52,608 bases of DNA from Rickettsiales bacterium (lineage in GTDB: Bacteria; Pseudomonadota; Alphaproteobacteria; Rickettsiales; UBA1997), in the NCBI GenBank assembly GCA_047627215.1, contig JBLHTM010000003.1, forward strand, positions 1 through 52,608. The letters are read 5' to 3'. The translations under genes were made by a program, and so were the position numbers. The stretch's first letter is position 1, and each line of letters opens with the position of its first letter. This document shows positions 45,891-52,608 of this stretch, in pieces. Below the pieces are notes generated by a model that saw nothing but the letters and a program-made list of their open reading frames with translations, did no database searches and had not been told where the DNA came from.

Positions 45891-46706
45891 CTAATAAGCG
45901 GTTCTCAGAATATATTTTTCAAACCAGTAAAGTAACAATCCAAGATGCTCGATGTAGTCAATTTTGAATATAATACAAATCAAAAGAGCGGCAGTTAAAG
46001 CTGGAGCGAATGGAAAAGTATCGTCTTTTTTTAACCTCATCCACAAAGGGCCAAAGATCATTCCAAATATTCCCGATAAAGTCATAAAAATAAGTGCATT
46101 ATCAAAACCAAGCAACAAACCAGCTGGTGCAAAAAATTTAATGTCGTCAATTCCGATCCCTTGTTTTTTGGTCACAAAGTAAAATCCATAATGCAAGATG
46201 ATTCCAAAAATAACAAATCCGGCTGAGGATAAAAAATAATAACCAATGCCGTGTTTGCTAGGAATCGTCAAATGGTAAGCTATTGCTATAATAAAGAGGG
46301 ATATTTGGGTAAAATCAGGAATAAAATAATGCTCAAGATCAACTATTGTCATGATTATCAAAATCACCGCTATCAACAAAATAAAAATCAGTTTCAGGTC
46401 GATTTTTGTGTCGAGAGCGAAAAAAATACCAATAAAAATTAGGGCTGTTGTAATTTCAATCAGGGGATAGCGAGAAGATATTTTTGTCTGGCAAAATCCA
46501 CATTTTCCTTTAAAAAATAGCCAAGAAAATAGCGGAAATAAATGTTTTATTTTGAGTCCATTGTTACAATTTGGACAAAAAGAACTTCGAAAAATAAAAT
46601 CTTTGACCGAAATTTTATCATCAGCGAAGCGGTAGCTTGCCATACTAATAAAACTACCGAAACAAAGTCCGGAAAATAAAATGATTATGATGTTAAAAAT
46701 AGACAT
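45891..46706 (-). CDS. Type IV prepilin leader peptidase / N-methyltransferase (A24 family, PilD/GspO type)
   Basis: 271 aa with an N-terminal Cys pair motif (CPNCNNGLKIKHLFPLFSW...GKCGFCQTKISSRYPLIE, DiS_P_DiS) and catalytic Asp regions (VDLEHYFIPD and GIGIDDIKFFAPAGLLLG). Confidence 0.85.
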   Translation of the reverse strand: MSIFNIIIILFSGLCFGSFISMASYRFADDKISVKDFIFRSSFCPNCNNGLKIKHLFPLFSWLFFKGKCGFCQTKISSRYPLIEITTALIFIGIFFALDTKIDLKLIFILLIAVILIIMTIVDLEHYFIPDFTQISLFIIAIAYHLTIPSKHGIGYYFLSSAGFVIFGIILHYGFYFVTKKQGIGIDDIKFFAPAGLLLGFDNALIFMTLSGIFGMIFGPLWMRLKKDDTFPFAPALTAALLICIIFKIDYIEHLGLLLYWFEKYILRTAY

Positions 46707-46768
46707 TAGAAATTGATAATTATGTTGAAATCATTAGATTGATCCGACTTTAAAAATAGAATTTTAAG

Positions 46769-47686
46769 ATGCAAAAGTTTCTCACAATATCCCTATTATT
46801 AATACTTGCTGCTTGCAGTCAGCCCAAGGCTCCTATAGTCAATAAGGGTTCAATGTTTTATGGAAAAGGTTTTTCAAAAAAAGTTTTACAAAAGCGCTAT
46901 TCGTCAAAAAGACCCAAATCGATCATGGTCTCATCTAGCGATACGGCATATTCTATTGCTAAGAAATATAATATTTCTTTACGTGACTTGATTACTCGCA
47001 ACAATCTTTCCGCGCCATATTTCTTGAAGAAAGGACAAAGAATCATTATTCCTGCAAGCAAATATCATAAAATTAAAAGTGGTGACACTCTTTACGGTAT
47101 TTCTAGAAAACATGGGATGAACATCAACAAATTGATCGCGTTGAATAGTTTACAAGCTCCCTATTCAATTAAGGTCGGTAAAAAACTTTTAGTTAGTGGA
47201 TCAAAAACTTCCGAATCGTCATCGATTGCATATAGCAAATCTCAGAGAGCTAAATCGTCACCTCAAAAAATCAAGAGATCCAAATATCCAAAAGCAATAA
47301 AAGTAGCTAATAAAAATAATCGTTTTTCTTGGCCGATCAGGGGGACGATAATTTCCAAATTCGGACCCAAAGCTGGCGGTCTTTATAATGATGGAATAAA
47401 TATTAAGGCTAAATCAGGAGGGCATATCAAATCCACCGAAGATGGGGTTGTGGCATATGTCGGGGACGAGCTGCGTGGGTATGGAAATCTTATCATCATC
47501 AAACATGCTGGTGGATGGATCTCGGCTTACGGTCATCTGAGCAGCACAAATGTTAAGCGTGGCGCAAATGTCAAAAAAGGACAGATCATCGCAAAAGCAG
47601 GATCAACAGGAAATGTTAAATCTACTCAACTTTATTTCGGTCTTAGAAAGGGTAGGGAAGCGGTTAATCCTCAAAAATATTTATAA
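46769..47686 (+). CDS. LysM-domain M23 metallopeptidase lipoprotein (NlpD-like)
   Basis: 305 aa with a lipobox (LLLILAAC|SQ), two LysM repeats (SSDTAYSIAKKYNISLRDLITRNNL and KSGDTLYGISRKHGMNINKLIALNSL) and an M23 core (GINIKAKSGGHIKSTEDGVVAYVG..LRGYGNLIIIKHAGGWISAYGHL). Confidence 0.85.
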   Translation: MQKFLTISLLLILAACSQPKAPIVNKGSMFYGKGFSKKVLQKRYSSKRPKSIMVSSSDTAYSIAKKYNISLRDLITRNNLSAPYFLKKGQRIIIPASKYHKIKSGDTLYGISRKHGMNINKLIALNSLQAPYSIKVGKKLLVSGSKTSESSSIAYSKSQRAKSSPQKIKRSKYPKAIKVANKNNRFSWPIRGTIISKFGPKAGGLYNDGINIKAKSGGHIKSTEDGVVAYVGDELRGYGNLIIIKHAGGWISAYGHLSSTNVKRGANVKKGQIIAKAGSTGNVKSTQLYFGLRKGREAVNPQKYL

Positions 47687-47707
47687 ACTTATTTTTTAAA
47701 AACAAAT

Positions 47708-47938
47708 ATGGCAATTTCTCAAAATGATCTTCACGAAAAGATCAAAGAATCCTTTCCAAATGCCACAATTGAAATCATTGATCTTGCGGGAGATGATGAT
47801 CATTACAGTGTCAAAATAATTGATGGGTCATTTTCTGGAAAGAGCAGAATTGAACAACATAAAATGGTCAATGAGGCTTTAAAGGGTTGTTTGGGAGATG
47901 GTCTCCACGCCATGCAATTAAAAACTTCAACACATTAA
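47708..47938 (+). CDS. BolA-family protein
   Basis: 76 aa with the BolA pattern (DDDHYSVKIIDGSFSGKSRIEQHKMVNEAL...LHAMQLKT). Confidence 0.85.
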   Translation: MAISQNDLHEKIKESFPNATIEIIDLAGDDDHYSVKIIDGSFSGKSRIEQHKMVNEALKGCLGDGLHAMQLKTSTH

Positions 47939-48047
47939 GAATCAAAAGTAAGAACCAAAAGTAAGAATCATATTATCAAAAGATTGATTTTGGATTCTTA
48001 ACGTAGTATTGTCTCATTTTTTTTACAAAAATTCCCATCATAAATAA

Positions 48048-49607
48048 ATGGCGCAAGCTTTAACCAAAAAAATATTTCATAACGCCCCAATTTTGTTGGC
48101 AATATTAGCTCTTTTTGCCACCTTTTCTGGGTGCACACAAGGAGAAAGAGATGATGTATTTGATCGTCAAACCAACACAACAAGGCAAGACGCCAGAGAA
48201 GCTTTGTTCGGCGATAAGGACTCGTTTAAAAATTCCAAAATTCCTGATTTTAGGCCGATACCAAAAAGATCCAGAATGATCGCCATTCCTTCTTTTCCTG
48301 AACAAAATTCAGAAAAACTTATCTCTCTTTCAGTAACTCAAGATGTTCCTCTTAAGGACGTTTTGATTGAGCTTGCAAAATCAGCAAACATAGATATCGA
48401 CCTTGATCCTTCAATCAGTGGCGGGGTGATTGTTAATGCCAAAAACCGACCTTTGACAGAAATCCTGGATCGAATCTGTGAAATGGGTGACTTGAGGTAC
48501 ACATTGTTCGATAACAGACTTCATGTAACCAGAGATATTCCTTTTTCAAAAAACTACTCTCTAGATTTTTTAAGTGACGGAGACCTGTGGAATGTTGTTC
48601 CAGCTAATGTTCAGGTATTTTTAGCTAGTGGAGCATCTTCTTCTTCTTCGGGAGGGTCGGTTTCTATTAATAAGTTGGCAAATATTATGACTATTTTTGC
48701 AAGCGAAAAGAACCATATCAAAATAGTTGAATATTTAGCTTCGGTTCGTAAAAATTCTTCAGCTCAAGTTTTGATTGAGGCAAAGGTTGTTGAGGTTTCT
48801 TTGAAAGATAATTACTCAACCGGAATAAATTGGGATTGGTCTGGCGGCGGCGCATCTTCCTTGGGCCAAAGTGCTGGCGGAGTCAGTGAGGGATCTCCTG
48901 TCTCTTTGGTTTTGGGGTCAAGCGATTTGCTTGGTGGAAGTATTAATGCAACCATTAGTGCGTTGGAAGAGTTTGGGGTAGTTAGAGCTATATCAAGCCC
49001 GAGAATAAATGCCTTGAATAACCAAACTGCCACCTTAAATTTTACCAAAAACTTGGTTTACTTCACCTTTGATGTTAGTGAGAACAATACCACAAGCAAT
49101 GGAGTCAGCGTGAGCAATGTTATCGTGGACAGCACTGTAAATGAAATTCTGACAGGTGTAGAATTGACCATCACACCAGTAATTGATCTGCTACATAATG
49201 AAATAACTTTAAATGTTGAGCCAAAAATAACTACTTCTAGTGAAACCGCAGATCAAGAAATTCGTAACCCAAGCAATGTTAGTGAAGTTGTTGCGACTAG
49301 TAGGATACCAATTGTTAATACTAGGGAGCTTAAAACGATTGCCAAGCTCCACAATGGAAATGTTTTGGTTATTGGTGGGGTTATGAGCGAAGATACTAAT
49401 AATAGCGAAACAGGAATTCCTTTTTTGCAAAGAATTCCAATTTTAGGAAATTTATTCAAAAGCGTATCTAAGACAACTTCAGTTACTGAAACGGTCATTT
49501 TCATTAAAGTAACCATAATAAGGCCGGATGATGGTGTGAGTGAGTATGACCGTAAATTTAGCAACACTTTTACAAAAAGTGCTAATCCATTCCTACAATC
49601 TAATTAG
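48048..49607 (+). CDS. Secretin-family outer-membrane channel, lipoprotein type (MshL/PilQ/GspD-like)
   Basis: 519 aa with a signal peptide and a Cys lipobox-like site (LALFATFSGC|TQ), N-domains (ISLSVTQDVPLKDVLIELAK...; NIMTIFASEKNHIKIVEYLASVRKNSSAQVLIEAKVVEVSL) and a secretin core (VRAISSPRINALNNQTATLNF...VIGGVMSED...GIPFLQRIPILGNLFK...TETVIFIKVTII). Confidence 0.85.
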   Translation: MAQALTKKIFHNAPILLAILALFATFSGCTQGERDDVFDRQTNTTRQDAREALFGDKDSFKNSKIPDFRPIPKRSRMIAIPSFPEQNSEKLISLSVTQDVPLKDVLIELAKSANIDIDLDPSISGGVIVNAKNRPLTEILDRICEMGDLRYTLFDNRLHVTRDIPFSKNYSLDFLSDGDLWNVVPANVQVFLASGASSSSSGGSVSINKLANIMTIFASEKNHIKIVEYLASVRKNSSAQVLIEAKVVEVSLKDNYSTGINWDWSGGGASSLGQSAGGVSEGSPVSLVLGSSDLLGGSINATISALEEFGVVRAISSPRINALNNQTATLNFTKNLVYFTFDVSENNTTSNGVSVSNVIVDSTVNEILTGVELTITPVIDLLHNEITLNVEPKITTSSETADQEIRNPSNVSEVVATSRIPIVNTRELKTIAKLHNGNVLVIGGVMSEDTNNSETGIPFLQRIPILGNLFKSVSKTTSVTETVIFIKVTIIRPDDGVSEYDRKFSNTFTKSANPFLQSN

Positions 49608-49610
49608 AAC

Positions 49611-50375
49611 ATGAATTCAATTCTAAAATACATTCTCTTGACTGCCATCAGAGACCGTCTTTATGTTGGGCTTTTTATAACCCTCCTTACTGCATTTGGA
49701 ATTTCTTCCGTCTTGGGATCTGCATCTTTGGTTGAGCAGGCGCAAACAACAATTTCATATGTTGCTGGATCTTCCAGAACTATATTTATGGTCGGAATGA
49801 TCCTGTTTGTTTGTTTTTATGTGCGCAAAACCTTTGAAAACAGAGAAGTTGAATTTGTTCTTTCTAAGTCAATATCTAGGCACAGCTTCATCTTTGCATA
49901 TTTACTGGGATTTGTTCTGGTCGCCTTAATAGTGATAATTCCTCTTTCAGCGCTGTTATTCTTCATGAAAGCAAATGTTGTTGGTCTAATTTATTGGGTC
50001 ACAAGTCTGATTCTCGAATCAATAATAATTATCACTTTTTCTTTGCTTTCAGCTTTGATTTTGAGAAGTGCAGTTTCGTCGGTCATAGCATCTCTTGGTT
50101 TTTACATTATTTCGCGAATGATGGGATTTTTTGTTTTGAGTGTCAAAATTCCCCAAAGCCTTTCTGATTTTGTAACATTAGATCGAATTCTAAATTCAGT
50201 TTTGAAAATAATTTCCGTCGCATTTCCACGCCTTGATCTTTATGGAAAAAGTGAATGGTTGATTTATGGTGCAGTAAATATGACTGATGTGTACATCATA
50301 TTGGTTCAATCAATCATCTATATTCCTTTGATGATTTTCATGGCATTTTATGATTTTAACCGCAAGCAATTCTAA
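49611..50375 (+). CDS. Polytopic membrane protein resembling an ABC-2-type permease (NosY/GldF-like pattern), with no cognate ATPase nearby
   Basis: 254 aa with about 6 TM helices. The N-terminus (ILLTAIRDRLYVGLF) and ENREVEFVLSKSISRHSFIFAYLLG resemble the E-x-G-T-x-E...P-x-S-R motif region of ABC-2 permeases. It starts 3 nt after the secretin stop. Confidence 0.5.
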   Translation: MNSILKYILLTAIRDRLYVGLFITLLTAFGISSVLGSASLVEQAQTTISYVAGSSRTIFMVGMILFVCFYVRKTFENREVEFVLSKSISRHSFIFAYLLGFVLVALIVIIPLSALLFFMKANVVGLIYWVTSLILESIIIITFSLLSALILRSAVSSVIASLGFYIISRMMGFFVLSVKIPQSLSDFVTLDRILNSVLKIISVAFPRLDLYGKSEWLIYGAVNMTDVYIILVQSIIYIPLMIFMAFYDFNRKQF

Positions 50376-51135
50376 ATCGGTGTTAATACCCAGATTCAAA
50401 ATCTATCAAAATCTTCACTATTTCTTCATAGCTGTTTTTTCACTTTGTTTGATCTTGCAAGTTGGTTTTTGGTTTAACGCTGAAAAATTCAAACCAGATA
50501 TTCATATTGTCCCCTCCGTTCCAAACTTAAAAACAGTTCGCGCTTTATCATTTGGTGATGAGCAATTTTATTTCAGAACTCATGCCTTGAAAATCGAAAA
50601 TGCTGGAGACACTTTTGGGAGGTTTACGTCCTTAAAAAAATATGATTACGTCAATCTCTACAAATGGTTTAAACTTCTCGATGAATTGGATCGTAAATCA
50701 AAATATATCCCAACTCTTGCAGCCACCTACTATGCTCAAACTCAGAATAAAAAAGACACCATCCACATAGTTAATTATTTGGATGAATATGCCAGCGTTA
50801 ATATTGACGAGGATTGGTGGTGGATGTTTCAAGCCTTCATCATTGCGCGAAGAACTTTAAATGATGATGAATTGGCCCTTAAAATAGCCTATAAACTAAG
50901 CGAAAATGAAAATGAAAATGCTCCGCTTTGGACAAAACAACTGCCCGCCATTGTCAGTGCCAGGCTTGGTGAAGATTGTGCGGCATTTAGCATTATCAAC
51001 AAGCTTCTAAGTCAGAATGAAAGTGGAGAAAGAGTGATAGATCCTAATGAAATGGACTTCATGCGTCATTTTATTAAACAAAGAATTTCCAGCCTCAAGA
51101 AGAAAAATTTCGATCCAACCAAATGCAAAAAATAG
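50350..51135 (+). CDS. Hypothetical membrane-anchored protein (one N-terminal TM helix, helical soluble domain)
   Basis: 261 aa with a TM helix (LHYFFIAVFSLCLILQVGFWF) and a soluble part rich in helix-forming segments (DEDWWWMFQAFIIARRTLNDDELALKIAYKL). I recognise no family. It overlaps the upstream gene by 26 nt and nadC by 13 nt. Confidence 0.5.
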   Translation: MILTASNSKSVLIPRFKIYQNLHYFFIAVFSLCLILQVGFWFNAEKFKPDIHIVPSVPNLKTVRALSFGDEQFYFRTHALKIENAGDTFGRFTSLKKYDYVNLYKWFKLLDELDRKSKYIPTLAATYYAQTQNKKDTIHIVNYLDEYASVNIDEDWWWMFQAFIIARRTLNDDELALKIAYKLSENENENAPLWTKQLPAIVSARLGEDCAAFSIINKLLSQNESGERVIDPNEMDFMRHFIKQRISSLKKKNFDPTKCKK

Positions 51136-51986
51136 AACAAATAATCAGAATTGCTTTAGATGAAGATTTGGGAGATCTTGGTGATATCACATCCAACTTT
51201 ACCATCCCTTTTGATAAAAGAATAAAATTCCAAATTAGTAACCGCGAACCAATAATGTTGTGTGGCATTGATTTTGCTGTGCAAATATTCAAAGCAGTCG
51301 AGGAAAGATTGGGTAGTGAGTCAATAAACCTAAAGATTAATCACCAAGATGGCGATTTTGTTGATAAGAATTCGGTCCTTATGGAAGGTGAGGGGAATGC
51401 CAGAACAATTTTTGCAGCCGAACGATTGGCTTTAAATTTACTTCAGCATTTAAGTGGGATTTCAACTATTACAAAAAAATATGTTGATGAAATTAAGGGC
51501 ACTAAAGCTCAAATTCTCGACACTAGAAAAACAATTCCTGCTTTTAGAAATTTGCAGAAATATGCTGTAAAAACAGGAGGCGGGACTAATCATCGTATGG
51601 CATTGTTTGATGGAATTCTCATTAAAGACAATCACATAATTGCTGCCGGAAGCATTTCTAATGCCGTGAGAATGGTGCGGGAAAATATTGATAAATCGGA
51701 AAATAAAATCCCAAAAGACATACTACTAGAGGTGGAATGTGATAATCTGACGCAAGTTAAAGAGGCTTTGGATTCACGAGTTCAAATCATCATGCTCGAC
51801 AATATGAATATTGATCAAATCAGGCAAGCTGTGGAATTGATTGAGGGAAAAGCCAAAATAGAGGTTTCTGGTGGAGTAACTTTATCTTCAGTTAAGGCAA
51901 TTGCGGATACGGGAATTGACTACATTTCAGTCGGAGCTTTAACGCACTCAAGCAAAGCGGTGGATATGGGTCTTGACGTTATTTAA
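51123..51986 (+). CDS. nadC: Nicotinate-nucleotide pyrophosphorylase (carboxylating), i.e. quinolinate phosphoribosyltransferase
   Basis: 287 aa with IRIALDEDLGDLGDIT, AERLALNLLQHLSGI, ILDTRKT.P..R.L.KYAV..GGG.NHR, IKDNH, MLDN and SVGALTHS. Confidence 0.9.
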   Translation: MQKIEQIIRIALDEDLGDLGDITSNFTIPFDKRIKFQISNREPIMLCGIDFAVQIFKAVEERLGSESINLKINHQDGDFVDKNSVLMEGEGNARTIFAAERLALNLLQHLSGISTITKKYVDEIKGTKAQILDTRKTIPAFRNLQKYAVKTGGGTNHRMALFDGILIKDNHIIAAGSISNAVRMVRENIDKSENKIPKDILLEVECDNLTQVKEALDSRVQIIMLDNMNIDQIRQAVELIEGKAKIEVSGGVTLSSVKAIADTGIDYISVGALTHSSKAVDMGLDVI

Positions 51987-52047
51987 TGATGCTTCGGCAC
52001 AATGTCTTTTGTGTTTATTATCCAAGTCTTATGGATAACCTTATTTA

Positions 52048-52460
52048 TCGTTATCCTCGCGAAAGTGATGATCTTGTGAGTTAGGATCGATCAAGAATTG
52101 TAGACAGATATCTTTCCTCATTTTGAGGGCACCGGATCAAGATTTTCTAAGTCAGCAAAGCTACCTAATAGCATTTTCACAAATTAACTGGCTCTTTTTC
52201 AAAATGAGTGGGTAAACCAATTACCACCTTGGTGTCCAATCATGAATTATACCAATCATCACAAGTTACTGCCATGATTCACCATAACGAATTACCGTCA
52301 TACCGGACATAGAGTTTCTTAGGTAGCTTTGCTGCCTTAGAAAATCTTGATCCGGTACCTCATGAGGAAAAACATCCGCCCGTAATTCTTGATTAATCTA
52401 TTCTTTTAAAAAATCCTCGATTCCAGACTCACGAGATCCTCACTTTCGCGAGGATGACGA
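52048..52460. repeat. Long imperfect inverted repeat (arms 52048-52168 and 52319-52460) flanking a 150-bp unique core. It could be a palindromic/MITE-like element or a structured RNA locus.
   Basis: I aligned the reverse complement of arm 1 to arm 2 by hand. The 38 nt next to the core match at 37/38 (ttaggtagctttgctgNcttagaaaatcttgatccggt). The outer parts are still alignable, with indels, and share the ends cactttcgcgaggatRacga. There is no ORF inside. Confidence 0.7.
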
Positions 52461-52608
52461 TTATGTGAGTGTGACAATCATGAGGATTGTAAAAGTTCAC
52501 TAATTCGGTTCGATTTAAGATAATGATTAGATAAGTTAAATTTATCTAATTTTACCAACTTAAATCTAAGCAAGATTATGGGCAGGATAGACAGTAGTGG
52601 GGGTCAGG

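Noticed and set aside
51987-52608. The possibility that the terminal non-coding region encodes tmRNA, RNase P RNA, SRP RNA or the start of an rRNA operon.
   Set aside because: I could not find the conserved cores: no tRNA-like acceptor/T-arm with a tag ORF, no GAGGAAAGTCC-type RNase P motif, no SRP domain IV motif, and no 16S 5' sequence. The region is better described by its long inverted repeat.
1-52608. CRISPR arrays, prophage, IS elements, integrases or transposases.
   Set aside because: I saw no regularly spaced direct repeats and no ORF with integrase, transposase or phage structural motifs. The only mobile-element-like signals are the AlbA_2 pseudogene and the terminal inverted repeat.

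Overview
This is an AT-rich (about one-third G+C by eye), gene-dense chromosomal segment. I call about 45 protein genes, 3 tRNAs with encoded CCA ends, one clear pseudogene, and no rRNA, CRISPR array, transposase or integrase. All calls rest on motif recognition in the supplied translations and on reading the DNA; no searches were run.

Most of the content is housekeeping: gpmI (partial), murB, hda, lpdA, birA, rplM-rpsI, dxs, murG, ruvB, pyrB, dprA, sucCD, recA, bcp, pgeF, ychF, xthA, phoU, purD, yajC-secD and nadC. An alphaproteobacterial origin is inferred from a DUF1013/TrcR-type gene, an Hda with an N-terminal QLSFNF clamp-binding-like motif, and an IalB-like gene. A host-associated lifestyle (Rickettsiales- or Holosporales-like) is plausible but not proven. 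Retained pyrB, purD, nadC, dxs and gpmI argue against an extremely reduced Rickettsia-type genome.

The parts worth a second look are:
1. A lone, apparently intact virB4 between birA and rplM.
2. An ABC ATPase/permease pair split by a decayed AlbA_2-type regulator pseudogene plus pyrB.
3. A small XRE-regulator islet with a palindromic operator candidate.
4. A 1131-aa fusion of a GltD/NfnB-like module and a PyrK/NfnA-like Fe-S flavoprotein module, translationally coupled to a lipoprotein.
5. A 539-aa NB-ARC/STAND-like protein with degenerate Walker motifs.
6. A secreted, highly charged repeat protein behind a near-consensus promoter.
7. A prepilin peptidase and a lipoprotein secretin, the latter tightly coupled to an ABC-2-permease-like membrane protein and an unknown membrane-anchored protein, with no pilin, ATPase or platform genes nearby.
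8. A roughly 410-bp long-arm inverted repeat at the 3' end of the window.
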